Assembly (NCBI RefSeq): GCF_000009605.1
Contig: NC_002528.1
Span: 600,001-632,000, forward strand
Source of the DNA: Buchnera aphidicola str. APS (Acyrthosiphon pisum)
GTDB taxonomy: Bacteria > Pseudomonadota > Gammaproteobacteria > Enterobacterales > Enterobacteriaceae
Length of the DNA: 32,000 nucleotides
Direction of reading: 5' to 3'
Shown: positions 21,227 through 32,000 of the stretch, piece by piece
Layout: each line of letters opens with the position of its first letter
Numbering within the stretch: the stretch's first letter is position 1
The notes under the pieces: model-generated
Databases searched by the model: none
The model's input: the letters and a program-made list of their open reading frames with translations, nothing else
What the model was told of the DNA's origin: nothing
Translations under genes and position numbers: made by a program

Positions 21227-22459
21227 TTAAAAATATTTATTTTTAAAATTTTTTTGTTTTAATTTAAAAGATAAAAAAACTCCAAAAAATAACATTGTTA
21301 TAATAAAAACAGAAATTCCAAGCCACTGCATATGAAACCAAAAAAAACCACCAAATGTACCAAATACACTGGAACCAAGATAATAAAAAAATAGATATAA
21401 AGATGTAGCTTGAATTTTAGCAATATTCGAATATGAACCAACCCAACTACTAGCTGTAGAATGCGATGCAAAAAAACCACCTGAAAATATTATTAATCCT
21501 AAGATTATTATAAATAGTTGATTATACTGTGTAATAAACAAACCTATTATCATCAACATTAATGACACAATAAGAATATTATTGCGATTATATTTATTAA
21601 TCAGAACACCAGCTTTAGGTGAACTATATACTCCAGTTAAATAAATAGTAGATAGCAATCCTATGCTGGATTGACAAAGAAAAAATGGTTCTAACATCAA
21701 ACGATAACCAATATAATTAAAAATAGTAACAAAACTGCCCATTAATATAAAACCTATGATAAACAAAAAAAATAGTACTCTATTTTTTAATTGTAAATAA
21801 AAACGATGTAAACATTTATGAAAATTAATAGAAACAGATAAAAAATTTTTAGAAGGGGGTAAAAAATATAAAAAAAAACAAGATGATATAAAAGAAAATA
21901 AACCAATTACCATTAAGGAAATGCTCCAAGAGAATTTTTCGGCTAAAATACTACTTAAGAGTCTTCCTAAAAAACCACCTATTGTATTTCCACTAATATA
22001 CAAACCCATACAAAAAGACAAAGAATTAGGGTGTATTTCTTCACTAATATAGGTCATAGCAACAGCAACAACACCACTTAGTGCTAAACCTGTCAATGCT
22101 CGTAGTAAAACAATACTTATCCAACTAGTCATCATTGAACATATCATAGTTAACATTGCTGCTATAAATAAAGAAGTAGACATAATTGATTTTCTACCAA
22201 TTATATCAGATAATGGTCCTGTAAATAGCATGCCTAAAGACATGGTTATAGTCGCAGCGGACAGAGCTAAACTACTTTCTGCCGGAGTCAAATAAAATTG
22301 TTTGGAAAACATTGGTAAAATTGATTGTACACAATATAAGATCGAAAAAGTAGCAAAACCACCAGAAAAAAGAGCTAAAATTACTTGATTAAATTTTTTT
22401 GTGTTTTTTTTTATATATTGTTTTTCTAATAATTGTTTTTTATTTTTTAATAAAGTCAA
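21227..22459 (-). CDS. MFS transporter, YnfM-like
   Basis: 410 aa; 12-TM pattern, GPLSDIIGRKSIM and FSKQFYLTPAESSLALSAATITMSLG typical of YnfM-type MFS. Confidence 0.85.
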   Translation of the reverse strand: MTLLKNKKQLLEKQYIKKNTKKFNQVILALFSGGFATFSILYCVQSILPMFSKQFYLTPAESSLALSAATITMSLGMLFTGPLSDIIGRKSIMSTSLFIAAMLTMICSMMTSWISIVLLRALTGLALSGVVAVAMTYISEEIHPNSLSFCMGLYISGNTIGGFLGRLLSSILAEKFSWSISLMVIGLFSFISSCFFLYFLPPSKNFLSVSINFHKCLHRFYLQLKNRVLFFLFIIGFILMGSFVTIFNYIGYRLMLEPFFLCQSSIGLLSTIYLTGVYSSPKAGVLINKYNRNNILIVSLMLMIIGLFITQYNQLFIIILGLIIFSGGFFASHSTASSWVGSYSNIAKIQATSLYLFFYYLGSSVFGTFGGFFWFHMQWLGISVFIITMLFFGVFLSFKLKQKNFKNKYF

Positions 22460-22492
22460 AATATAGCCTCTTTGTAAGTAAAAAAATAGTTT

Positions 22493-23347
22493 TTATATAT
22501 ATATATAACCATCATAGACATGTTTTGCAGGTCCTACCATATAAAGAGGAGTTCCAAAACCTTTCCAAATTATAATCAGCTTTCCACCCAATAATTCGAC
22601 ATGAACAGTGTCAGAAAGTAATTTTTGCGCAATACCTACTGCAACTGCAGCACAAGCCGCACTACCACAAGCTTTTGTTTCACCCACATTACGTTCATAC
22701 ACTCTCAATTTAATATGTTTTTTATTTAAAATTTCCATAAAACTTACGTTAACACCTTCTGGAAATATAGGATTTTTTTCTATACTATCGCCGATAATAT
22801 TAACAGGAGCATTTTTAACAGATTGTACTTTAATAATACAATGAGGATTTCCAATAGATACTAGATTACAGATCAAATTTTCATTCATAAGTTTTATTGA
22901 AAAATTATTATCTAAAACATTTTGTAATGAAGATAAATTATAAAATTTAAAATCAGGTTCATTCATGTTTACTTTGATCATATTTTCAGTTAAAAATTCA
23001 ATAGTTAAAGGTTTTTTTTTAGTACTAATTAAAATTTTCTTTTTATTAGTCAAACCTTTAAGCAATAGAAATAGACCAAAGCACCGAGCACCATTTCCAC
23101 ACTGTTCAACTTCATTGCCATTTGCATTAAAAATTCGATAATGAAAATCAGTTAGAAGAGAATTTGATTTTTCTACAAGTAATAATTGATCAAAACCAAT
23201 GCCGGTATATCGATTAGATAATTTTTTTATTATATGTGATGTTAAAAAGACATTTTTTTTAATGCAATTGATAACCATAAAATCATTCTTCAATCCATGC
23301 ATCTTAGAAAAATTGATTTTTTTTTTATTTTTATAGTATGAATCCAT
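22493..23347 (-). CDS. dapF: Diaminopimelate epimerase
   Basis: [18 protein letters not shown]...[13 protein letters not shown]...[20 protein letters not shown]-track start 23410 trimmed to ATG 23347. Confidence 0.94.
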   Translation of the reverse strand: MDSYYKNKKKINFSKMHGLKNDFMVINCIKKNVFLTSHIIKKLSNRYTGIGFDQLLLVEKSNSLLTDFHYRIFNANGNEVEQCGNGARCFGLFLLLKGLTNKKKILISTKKKPLTIEFLTENMIKVNMNEPDFKFYNLSSLQNVLDNNFSIKLMNENLICNLVSIGNPHCIIKVQSVKNAPVNIIGDSIEKNPIFPEGVNVSFMEILNKKHIKLRVYERNVGETKACGSAACAAVAVGIAQKLLSDTVHVELLGGKLIIIWKGFGTPLYMVGPAKHVYDGYIYI

Positions 23348-23534
23348 TTTTTCCTCAAAATAATAATTAGATTGTTTTTTTTGAAAATATTTATTCGTAA
23401 ATACTAACATTTTAATAATGAAATCTCATATTTTAATTTAATTAAAATAATAAGATGATATTTTTTATATAAATTTGATTATTTTTATTTTTTATAATTT
23501 GTTATAATTAAAAATTAAATCAAGGACTCGTTTC

Positions 23535-23885
23535 ATGAAAAAAAAATTAAACACCAAAAAAGAGAATAACAACTTTTATATATTAGTAAATGATTTGTTT
23601 TTAAAAATAGAAGATAATTTAAATTTGTATGAAAATGAAATCGATATTGATTATGAAATTCAAGACTATGTCATGACGATTACTTTTTCAAATAAAACTT
23701 TAATTATAATTAACAAACAAGAACCATTACAGCAAATTTGGCTAGCAACAATGCAAAATGGGTATCATTTTGATTATAAAAATAATCAATGGATTTGTAA
23801 TCGTAGTAATAAAAATTTTTGGGAGATATTTGAAAACGCATGTTCTATTCAATCAAATAAAGATTTAATTTTTTGTAAAAAATAA
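23535..23885 (+). CDS. cyaY: Iron-sulfur cluster assembly protein CyaY (frataxin homolog)
   Basis: 116 aa; [44 protein letters not shown]. Confidence 0.95.
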   Translation: MKKKLNTKKENNNFYILVNDLFLKIEDNLNLYENEIDIDYEIQDYVMTITFSNKTLIIINKQEPLQQIWLATMQNGYHFDYKNNQWICNRSNKNFWEIFENACSIQSNKDLIFCKK

Positions 23886-24013
23886 TATATATTAAATCCA
23901 AAAAAATATATATAAACATCAAAAAAGATAATTTTTTGTGTCTTTTAAAAATAAAAAATATTTTTATTTAATAAAATTATAAAAAATGCATCTATATTAA
24001 TACGAATCCCAAT

Positions 24014-24958
24014 ATGTACAATAAAACATTGAGAATTGCTACCAGAAAAAGTCCTTTAGCTTTGAAACAAACTAAATACGTTCAAAAAAAAATACTATCT
24101 TTATATCCAGACTTAAATATCAAATTAGTTCCTATTGTTACTCATGGAGATAATATTTTAAATAAATCTCTTTCAAAAATTGGAGGAAAAGGCTTATTTA
24201 TTAAAGAACTAGAACTTGCTTTACTTGAAAATAAAGCAGATATTGCTATTCATTCAATGAAAGATCTTCCGGTAAAAATTACAAAAGAATTATGTTTAGT
24301 TAGTATATGCAAAAGAGGAAATGCCTTAGATTCACTAGTATCTAATAATTATCAATCAATTAATCAGCTGCCCAAAGGTGCTATAGTCGGTACGTCTAGT
24401 TTAAGAAGACAATGTCAATTAATTACTTATCGACCAGATTTAATTATTTCTCCTTTAAGAGGTAATATAGAAACTAGGATAGCAAAATTAGATCAAGGAA
24501 AATATGATGCAATTATTTTAGCTACTGAAGGATTAAACAGATTAAGATTAAAAAATAGAATTACTCAGATCATACCTGCCGAATTATCTCTTCCTTCATG
24601 TGGACAAGGTGCAATTGGAATTCAATCCAGATTGCATGATAAAAAAGTATTATTTTTTTTGTCTCGTCTTAATCATATAAATACTTTTATTGAAATAAAT
24701 GCAGAAAGAGCTTTTTGTAGAAAACTAGAATCAGGATGTCAGATTCCCATTGGAAGTTATGCTATTTTGAAAAAAAATAAAATTTGGTTAAGAGGATTGG
24801 TGGGATCACCTAATGGCAAGATTATATTAAAAGGAGAACGAATAGGTTGTTATAATACAGGAGAAAAAATGGGGTATTCATTAGCAGATGAGCTGCTTAA
24901 AAATGGAGCTAAAAATATTCTTAATAATCTTCATATTAAACAATCTTATTGTATATGA
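24014..24958 (+). CDS. hemC: Hydroxymethylbilane synthase
   Basis: 314 aa; [21 protein letters not shown]...[11 protein letters not shown]...cofactor Cys in [11 protein letters not shown]. Confidence 0.97.
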
Positions 24959-25712
24959 AAATACTAGTAATACGACCTTCTCCTACAGGAGAGGAATTAG
25001 TATATAATTTAAATAAAATTGGTATATCTTCTTGGCATTTTTCTTTATTTGATTTTTATCCAAGTTTTAGTCCAATTAGTTTATCAAAAAAAATTAATGA
25101 ACTATATCAATCCAAAGTTATTCTCGTTTTTTCTAAAAAGGCTATCTATTATACAAATTTATATTTAAAAAGTAATAATTTACAATGGCCTCTTCATGCA
25201 AAATATTATGCAATTGGAAAAAGCACTGCTCTTTTTCTTTTTAATTATATTAAAAAAAAATTATTTTTCCTAAAAAAAAAGAAAACAGTGAGAATTTATT
25301 GAAAATAATCAATAAAGACAAAATAAAAAATAATAGAATAATTTTATTACAAGGGGAAAATGGACGAAAATTAATAAAAAGAAGATTAGAAAAAGAAGGA
25401 TTTAAAATTTGTCTAATTGAATGTTATAAAAGAGTCTTCAAAATTTTAGATACTAATATGGAGGTAAAAAAATGGCGTTCATATAAAATAGATACTTTAG
25501 TAGTAACAAATAGCGAATCTTTACATCAGTTAAAAAATATTATTTCTAGTACTAATCAGATTCAATGGTTATTCGGATGCAGGATTTTTGTTGTCGGTAA
25601 AAGATTGTTTCGTATAGCAAAAAAATTAGGATGGAATGATGTAATAGTTTCAAAATATGCTAATAATGATTCTTTTATCAAAAAAATAAAAGAAACGAAT
25701 TTTAAAAATTAA
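24955..25712 (+). CDS. hemD: Uroporphyrinogen-III synthase, split by a 1-nt frame break at an A9 tract
   Basis: Part 1 [32 protein letters not shown]...[12 protein letters not shown]; part 2 ...[34 protein letters not shown]...[16 protein letters not shown]. Both collinear with E. coli HemD. Start ATG 24955 overlaps the hemC stop. Confidence 0.9.
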
Positions 25713-25717
25713 TTTTT

Positions 25718-25794
25718 TGGTCGGCGAAAGAGGATTTGAACCTCTGACCTACTGGTCCCAAACCAGTTGCGCTACCAAGCTGCGCTATTCGCCG
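25718..25794 (-). tRNA. tRNA-Pro (anticodon TGG), CCA encoded
   Basis: CGGCGAATAGCGCAGCTTGGTAGCGCAACTGGTTTGGGACCAGTAGGTCAGAGGTTCAAATCCTCTTTCGCCGACCA, 77 nt. Confidence 0.97.
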
Positions 25795-25830
25795 TTTTCA
25801 AATAAAAAAATATAATTTTCTTATTTTTTT

Positions 25831-25907
25831 TGGGGTGGCTAATGGGACTTGAACCCATGACCACTGGAATCACAATCCAGCACTCTACCAACTGAGCTAT
25901 AGCCACC
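25831..25907 (-). tRNA. tRNA-His (anticodon GTG), CCA encoded
   Basis: GGTGGCTATAGCTCAGTTGGTAGAGTGCTGGATTGTGATTCCAGTGGTCATGGGTTCAAGTCCCATTAGCCACCCCA, 77 nt, with the G(-1) expected for tRNA-His. Confidence 0.97.
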
Positions 25908-25935
25908 AATAATTTAAAAATTTTTTTATAAAAAA

Positions 25936-26009
25936 TGCGCTCGACAGGATTTGAACCTGATACCTCTACCTTCGGAGGGTAGCGCTCTATCCAACTGAGC
26001 TACGAGCGC
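25936..26009 (-). tRNA. tRNA-Arg (anticodon CCG), CCA not encoded
   Basis: GCGCTCGTAGCTCAGTTGGATAGAGCGCTACCCTCCGAAGGTAGAGGTATCAGGTTCAAATCCTGTCGAGCGCA, 74 nt, followed by TTTTT rather than CCA. Confidence 0.96.
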
Positions 26010-26195
26010 ATCAATATGAAACAAATTAGATTTTAAAATTAATAATCCTAATTGTCCAGCTTTTTTTAGGAAATTTATATATAATAAATATTATTCATCA
26101 TTTTATTATGAAACACTTTATTTTTTTAAAATAAAATATTTCTTAAAAAAATAAATTATTTTTTATTAGATATAAATATGAAAATTTTTTAAAAT

Positions 26196-27455
26196 TTAAG
26201 AGCGTTTCATCATATCAAAAAATTCATCATTTGTTTTGGTCATTGCAAGTTTATTAAGCAAAAATTCCATTGCATCTATTTCACTCATAGGATGAATAAT
26301 TTTTCTTAAAATCCACATTTTTTGTAGTTCATCTGGCAAAGTTAATAATTCTTCTTTTCTAGTACCAGATCGATTATAATCAATAGCTGGAAAAACACGC
26401 TTTTCTGCAATTTTCCTAGATAATGGAAGCTCCATATTGCCTGTTCCTTTAAACTCTTCGTATATTACCTCATCCATTTTAGAACCAGTATCAACTAATG
26501 CAGTTGCAATGATTGTCAAACTTCCTCCTTCTTCCACATTACGCGCAGCACCAAAAAATCGCTTGGGTCTATGTAAAGCATTTGCATCTACTCCTCCAGT
26601 TAATACTTTTCCTGATGCAGGTACTACTGTATTATAGGCTCTTGCTAAACGAGTAATAGAATCAAGTAAAATTATTACATCTTTTTTATGTTCTACTAAT
26701 CTTTTTGCTTTTTCAATAACCATTTCAGCCACTTGAACATGTCTTGATGCAGGTTCGTCAAAAGTAGAGGCAACTACTTCTCCTTTAACTAATCTTTGCA
26801 TTTCAGTAACTTCTTCTGGTCTTTCATCAATCAATAATACCATTAAAACGCAATCTGGATGATTATAAGCAATACTTTGTGCTATATTTTGCAGTAATAT
26901 TGTTTTTCCTGCCTTTGGCGGAGCTACAATTAATCCTCTTTGTCCACGTCCGATTGGTGATGCTAAATCTAATACTCTTGCGGTTAAATCTTCGGTTGAT
27001 CCGTTTCCACGTTCCATTCGTAGTCTAGAATTGGCATGTAATGGTGTTAAATTTTCAAATAATATTTTGCTTCTTGCATTTTCAGGTTTATCATAATTTA
27101 CTTCGTTTACTTTAAGTAGAGCAAAATATCTTTCGCCTTCTTTAGGGGGTCTTATTTTTCCAGCAATAGTATCACCTGTACGTAGATTAAATCTACGAAT
27201 CTGACTCGGTGAAACATAAATATCATCAGGACCAGCTAAATAAGAGCTATCTGCAGAACGTAGAAAGCCAAATCCATCTTGTAGTATTTCTAAAACACCG
27301 TCGCCAAATATATCTTCTCCACTTTTTGCATGTTGTTTAAGGATGGCAAAAATAATATCTTGTTTACGCATACGCGCTAAATTTTCCAACCCCATTTTTT
27401 CACCAAGAGTAATTAATTCAGACACTGGCATATTTTTAAGTGCGGTAAGATTCAT
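26196..27455 (-). CDS. rho: Transcription termination factor Rho
   Basis: 419 aa; [15 protein letters not shown]...[22 protein letters not shown]...[13 protein letters not shown]...[13 protein letters not shown]. Confidence 0.98.
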   Translation of the reverse strand: MNLTALKNMPVSELITLGEKMGLENLARMRKQDIIFAILKQHAKSGEDIFGDGVLEILQDGFGFLRSADSSYLAGPDDIYVSPSQIRRFNLRTGDTIAGKIRPPKEGERYFALLKVNEVNYDKPENARSKILFENLTPLHANSRLRMERGNGSTEDLTARVLDLASPIGRGQRGLIVAPPKAGKTILLQNIAQSIAYNHPDCVLMVLLIDERPEEVTEMQRLVKGEVVASTFDEPASRHVQVAEMVIEKAKRLVEHKKDVIILLDSITRLARAYNTVVPASGKVLTGGVDANALHRPKRFFGAARNVEEGGSLTIIATALVDTGSKMDEVIYEEFKGTGNMELPLSRKIAEKRVFPAIDYNRSGTRKEELLTLPDELQKMWILRKIIHPMSEIDAMEFLLNKLAMTKTNDEFFDMMKRS

Positions 27456-27584
27456 AATGGTGGGTTCTTAGTAAAATCGGGGTATATCTCAAAATAAAAA
27501 TTATGATATAATTTTAAAATTTATTGAAAAATTTTAAATAAAATGAAATTTTTGATGTATCTAATTAACTGATTTCAATGATTT

Positions 27585-27911
27585 TCAGTTAATATTTTCA
27601 TCTAAAAATTCTTTAAGTTCTAGTTTGGAAACTGCACCTACTTTAGTTGCAAGTACTTCGCTATTATTAAATAACAATAGTGTGGGGATACTTCTAATAG
27701 AATATACTGGAGCAGTATTTGGATTCTCTTCAATATTTAATTTTCCAACAATAACTTTATTAGAATATTCTTTTGATATTTCTTCTAAAATAGGCGCTAA
27801 AATTTTACAAGGATTGCACCATTGAGCCCAAAAATCAACTAAAAAAAAACTTTTTGAGTTTAAAACTTGTTCTTCAAAATTTTGGTCAGTTAGTTCGATT
27901 ATTTTATTCAT
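27585..27911 (-). CDS. trxA: Thioredoxin with a CNPC active site
   Basis: 108 aa; [28 protein letters not shown]...[26 protein letters not shown]. Confidence 0.96.
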
Positions 27912-28112
27912 TTTAATGTATTTGCTCGATCGTAAGAAATGTTAAATAAATAAAATTTAAATTTTTGTAATTTAAAAGTGTATTCCAAGATAATATCATT
28001 TTTAATAATTTTTTAAAACTAAATTTAAAAAAATTTTATTTAAAATTATTTTTTTAATATTTGTTTTAAATTATATATTTTCAATTTTATATCTTCTTTT
28101 TTTTAGATGAAT

Positions 28113-30050
28113 CTAAAAAATTTTTTTCTCCCATTTTAAATCTTCTTGAGGTAGTTCAAATAAAAATCTACTAGGAAGCATATCTAAAATTTGACCATAT
28201 TGAGTGCGTTTGTAACAATAAGTAAAAAACAATTGTTTTTTTGCTCGAGTAATTCCAACATAAGTTAATCTTCGTTCTTCTTCGATATTATCATTATCGA
28301 TACTTTTTTGATTAGGTAAAATTCCCTCACACATGCCAATGATAAATACTGCAGGAAATTCCAATCCTTTAGAAGCATGTAAAGTCATTAATTGTACTCG
28401 ATCTTGTTGTTCTTTTATAATATTATCATCTAAAATATCACGGATTGTCATCCGTGTAACAATTTGAAATAAAGTCATTGGTTTTTCAAAATCATCTCCT
28501 TTAATCATATTTTTAAACCATTGTGATAATGTATGAACATTATTTATACTATTTTTAATTTTATTAGGATCTTTTAAAAATTTAGATAACCATTTTTCAT
28601 ACTCAAGATCATCAACAATATCATCTATAATATTAGATGGTTTCAAACAAGACCACGCAGTGAATTTTTCTATTTTAGAGATAAAATTTTTAATTTTTTT
28701 TATAGTATTTTCATTTAAAAATTTTTTTATTTCTATATTATTACTAGCTTGAAAAAGACTTACATGTTTTTTATTAGCCCATTCTTCTAATTTTTTTAAT
28801 GTTGTTTTTCCTATTTGACGTGAAGGGATATTTACAATTCTCATAAATGCGTGATTGTCGTCTCGATTAATAACAACACGAAGATAACTTAATAAATCTT
28901 TGATTTCAGGACGTGAAAAAAATGAGGATTTTTCAGAAATATTATATGGTATATTTTCTTTTATTAAAGCTTTTTCAAGAATTCTAGATTGATAATTTCC
29001 ACGATATAAAATAGCAAAATCTCGGTATTTTATTTTTTTTTTAGCATATTGAGATATAATTTTTTTAACTATTTTTTGAGCTTCATTTTCTTCATTTTTA
29101 CCTATTAATACTTTTATTAAATTTCCATATTTAAGTTGTGAAAATAGTTTTTTTTCTAAATAATGTATATTATTTGCAATAAGACTATTCGCAGCTTTTA
29201 ATATTCTTCCTGAAGATCGATAATTATGTTCCATTTTGATAATTTTTAAATTAGGAAAATCTTTTTTTAATAAAAAAATATTTTGAGGATTTGCTCCTCT
29301 CCATGAATAAATAGACTGATCATCATCACCGACTAAAGTAAAATCAGAATTTTTATTAGCAAGCATTTTAATAAGTTCGTATTGACTATTGTTTGTGTCT
29401 TGATATTCATCCACTAATAAATAAGAGATCTTTTTTTGCCAACGTATTTTTATTTTTTTGTTGTTTTTTAATAATAATGTTGGCATGCAAATCAAATCAT
29501 CGAAATCTAATATATTAGCTTTATAAAGATAATTAGTATATTGTTCATAAACATATGCAAAATCTTTTTCTTGACTAGATTTTGCTAATAATTGAACTTG
29601 TAAAGGAGTAAGAAATTTATTTTTCCAATAAGAAATCATAAAATTTAATTTTTTTAATAATTGAATATTGTTTTTGATTTCTTTTTTACATATTTTTTTT
29701 AATAAAAGTATTTGATCTTTTTCATCTAATAAAGTGAAATTGTTGTTTAATTCTAACGCATCAATTTCTTTTTTAATAATTTCAAGTCCTAATGAGTGAA
29801 AAGTAGAAATAATTATTTTTTTTATTTCTGGAATATTTAAATATTTCGAAAGACGTATTCTCATTTCATAGGCAGCTTTATTAGTAAAAGTTACTGCGGC
29901 AATATTATCAGGTTCATATTGGCAATGATTAATTAAATAAATAATTTTATTAATAATAACTTTTGTTTTTCCAGAACCGGCCCCTGCTAGTATTAGACAG
30001 GGCCCATTAGTGAGTTCAACAGCATTTTTTTGAGAAAAATTTAGAGACAT
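28113..30050 (-). CDS. rep: ATP-dependent DNA helicase Rep
   Basis: 645 aa; MSLNFSQKNAVELTNGPCLILAGAGSGKTKVIINKI, UvrD/Rep SF1 motifs (VDEYQDTN, QLMTLHASKGLEF). Length and C-terminus fit Rep. Confidence 0.92.
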   Translation of the reverse strand: MSLNFSQKNAVELTNGPCLILAGAGSGKTKVIINKIIYLINHCQYEPDNIAAVTFTNKAAYEMRIRLSKYLNIPEIKKIIISTFHSLGLEIIKKEIDALELNNNFTLLDEKDQILLLKKICKKEIKNNIQLLKKLNFMISYWKNKFLTPLQVQLLAKSSQEKDFAYVYEQYTNYLYKANILDFDDLICMPTLLLKNNKKIKIRWQKKISYLLVDEYQDTNNSQYELIKMLANKNSDFTLVGDDDQSIYSWRGANPQNIFLLKKDFPNLKIIKMEHNYRSSGRILKAANSLIANNIHYLEKKLFSQLKYGNLIKVLIGKNEENEAQKIVKKIISQYAKKKIKYRDFAILYRGNYQSRILEKALIKENIPYNISEKSSFFSRPEIKDLLSYLRVVINRDDNHAFMRIVNIPSRQIGKTTLKKLEEWANKKHVSLFQASNNIEIKKFLNENTIKKIKNFISKIEKFTAWSCLKPSNIIDDIVDDLEYEKWLSKFLKDPNKIKNSINNVHTLSQWFKNMIKGDDFEKPMTLFQIVTRMTIRDILDDNIIKEQQDRVQLMTLHASKGLEFPAVFIIGMCEGILPNQKSIDNDNIEEERRLTYVGITRAKKQLFFTYCYKRTQYGQILDMLPSRFLFELPQEDLKWEKKIF

Positions 30051-30119
30051 AAAATATTAATATTTAATAGATGAATTGTATTGTTTAATTTATAAATAGA
30101 AACTTATATATTTTAATTT

Positions 30120-31592
30120 TTATTTTGCAACTGTTATTGCTTTCATTTTTTTCATATAGTTTCTTAATGTGCATCCGATAATTTCTATAGGATGATTCTG
30201 TATTTTTTGATTTATCCTATAAAGTTCAATATTATTTACTGATTGATGAGATAATGCGCAACCAAGATCACTTTTGTTGAGAGTAGATATAAATTCTTTT
30301 AAAATAGGATATGCAGATTCAGAAAAAAGATAGCTACCATATTCAGCAGTATCTGAAATAACTTTATTCATCTCATATAATTTTTTTCTTGCAATAGTAT
30401 TGGCAATCAATGGAAGTTCATGTAAGGATTCATAATAAGCTGATTCTTCTTTGATACCCGTTTCAATCATTTTTTCAAAAGATAATTCGATACCAGATTT
30501 TAATATTGCGATCATGAGTATACCGTGATCATAATATTCTTGTTCTGGTATTTTTTCATTATAAACAGGAGCAGTTTCAAAAGATGTATTTTTAGTTTTA
30601 TATCGCCAATTCAATAACTTTAAATCCTGATTTTCCCAATCTTTCATCATTTCATTAGAAAATTCTCCAGAAATAATATCATCCATGTGTTTTTGAAAGA
30701 GTGGAGATAGTATTTTTTTAATTTCTTTAGAAAGTTTATAGGCTCTTATTTTTGAGGAATTAGATAATCTATCCATCATTAAGGTGATACCTCCATGTTT
30801 AAGAGACTCCGTAATAGTTTCCCATCCATTTTGTATTAATTTTGCCGAATATGCTGGATTACATTTTTCTGTAATCAACTTTTCATAGCATAATAATGAT
30901 GCTGTTTGAAGCATACCACATAAAATTGTTTGTTCACCCATTAAATCTGATTTTACTTCAGCTATAAATGACGATTCGAGCACACCTGCGCGATGCCCTC
31001 CAGTAGAAAAAGCCCAAGCTTTTGCAACTTCTAATCCTATTTTATTAATATCGTTTTCATGGTGAACGGCAATTAATGTGGGTACTCCAAATCCTCTTTT
31101 ATATTCTTCTCGTACTTCTGTTCCTGGACATTTTGGCGCTACCATAATAACAGTGATATCTTTTCGTATTTTTTCTCCAAATTCTACAATATTAAAACCA
31201 TGAGAATATCCTAAAACAGCGTTTTTTTTCATTAATTTTTGTAATTTTTTAATGACACTATGATGTTGTTTATCCGGAGTTAAATTAATTACTAAATCAG
31301 CATCGGGTATTAATGCATCATAGTCGTCTACTTTAAAATTATTCTCAATAGCATTAATCCAAGATTGATTTTTATTGGCAATACTATTTTTTTTTAACGC
31401 ATAGGAAATATTTAATCCAGCGTCTCTCATATTTAGTCCTTGATTTAAACCTTGAGCACCACAACCAACAATAACTATATTCTTATTTTTTAATATATCA
31501 TTTTTTTTGTTAAATTCTTCTTTTTTCATGAAACGACATTTATTTATTTGATTAATTTTTTGAGTAAAATTTAGTGTATTAAAATAATTCAT
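30120..31592 (-). CDS. ilvC: Ketol-acid reductoisomerase (class II, long form)
   Basis: 490 aa; [26 protein letters not shown]...[18 protein letters not shown]...[28 protein letters not shown]. Confidence 0.98.
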   Translation of the reverse strand: MNYFNTLNFTQKINQINKCRFMKKEEFNKKNDILKNKNIVIVGCGAQGLNQGLNMRDAGLNISYALKKNSIANKNQSWINAIENNFKVDDYDALIPDADLVINLTPDKQHHSVIKKLQKLMKKNAVLGYSHGFNIVEFGEKIRKDITVIMVAPKCPGTEVREEYKRGFGVPTLIAVHHENDINKIGLEVAKAWAFSTGGHRAGVLESSFIAEVKSDLMGEQTILCGMLQTASLLCYEKLITEKCNPAYSAKLIQNGWETITESLKHGGITLMMDRLSNSSKIRAYKLSKEIKKILSPLFQKHMDDIISGEFSNEMMKDWENQDLKLLNWRYKTKNTSFETAPVYNEKIPEQEYYDHGILMIAILKSGIELSFEKMIETGIKEESAYYESLHELPLIANTIARKKLYEMNKVISDTAEYGSYLFSESAYPILKEFISTLNKSDLGCALSHQSVNNIELYRINQKIQNHPIEIIGCTLRNYMKKMKAITVAK

Positions 31593-31639
31593 AATAAAAA
31601 TTCCTATGTTTTAAAAATATATTTTAAACTAGTAATATA

Positions 31640-32000
31640 TTAAATATTAGATATTTTTTTGTAATCTCTAACTGCTCCTTGATCAGCACTAGTTGAAAAG
31701 AAAGCATATGCTTTTAAAGCAGAAGAAATATATCTTTTACGACTATGGGGTTTATAAGATAAAGGTCCCTTTGATTCTTCTTGAAGAATACGATGAGAGA
31801 GTTCTTTTTCTGTTATGTTTAAATGGATGGTTCTTTCAGGAATATTTATATTAATAATATCACCATTTTTTACCAAGGCAATTATTCCTTTATTTGCAGC
31901 TTCAGGTGAAATGTGTCCTATAGAAATACCTGATGTACCTCCGGAAAATCTACCATCAGTAATTAATGCACATGTTTTATCTAAATTCATAGATTTTAAA
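31640..32000 (-). CDS. ilvD: Dihydroxy-acid dehydratase, C-terminal part; 5' part outside the window
   Basis: [38 protein letters not shown]; the frame continues open to base 32000. Confidence 0.95.
   Translation of the reverse strand, partial: LKSMNLDKTCALITDGRFSGGTSGISIGHISPEAANKGIIALVKNGDIININIPERTIHLNITEKELSHRILQEESKGPLSYKPHSRKRYISSALKAYAFFSTSADQGAVRDYKKISNI

Noticed and set aside
21298-21480. Plus-strand 60-aa ORF
   Set aside because: Antisense to the MFS transporter gene; hydrophobic low-complexity shadow ORF.
22608-22844. Plus-strand 78-aa ORF
   Set aside because: Antisense to dapF.
23348-23410. 21-residue N-terminal extension of DapF
   Set aside because: DapF homologs begin close to FSKMHG; the ATG at 23347 is a better start.
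24949-24954. Two extra N-terminal residues (MY) on HemD
   Set aside because: The ATG at 24955 overlaps the hemC stop (ATGA) and gives the conserved [10 protein letters not shown] start.
26437-26637. Plus-strand 66-aa ORF
   Set aside because: Antisense to rho.
27625-27825. Plus-strand 66-aa ORF
   Set aside because: Antisense to trxA.
1-32000. Possible defence island, mobile element, prophage or CRISPR array
   Set aside because: Reading through, I found no direct-repeat array, transposase, integrase, phage or toxin-antitoxin signature; nearly all sequence is conserved housekeeping genes in an endosymbiont-like order.

Overview
The window looks like a stretch of a reduced, AT-rich gammaproteobacterial endosymbiont chromosome. 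Gene content, order and protein similarity to E. coli fit Buchnera aphidicola (taxon call is by recall, no search was run). It is compact and conserved: hflC(partial)-hflK-miaA-mutL / mtlD-mtlA / pgi / orn-tRNA-Gly-amiB / rpmE / mini-ftsN-hslV-hslU / ibpA / fpr / epmA / coaD / orphan / rsmJ / pitA / MFS transporter / dapF / cyaY / hemC-hemD / tRNA-Pro, His, Arg / rho / trxA / rep / ilvC / ilvD(partial). There is no phage, CRISPR, transposon or obvious defence locus. The strongest signal missed by the ORF track is that four genes (miaA, amiB, hemD and an orphan gene at 17192-18626) are each open end to end except for one frame break that coincides with a homopolymer run. In miaA the authentic, translationally coupled start lies upstream of an A11 tract; in hemD the broken frame realigns to E. 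coli HemD if one A is added to an A9 tract. This matches the known poly(A) slippage phenomenon in insect endosymbionts, or sequencing error. The most novel object is the rebuilt ~477-aa orphan protein. Other points are a miniature FtsN reduced to its membrane anchor plus essential peptide, a CNPC (not CGPC) thioredoxin active site, and a candidate ibpA heat-shock promoter whose spacer contains an A11 tract.
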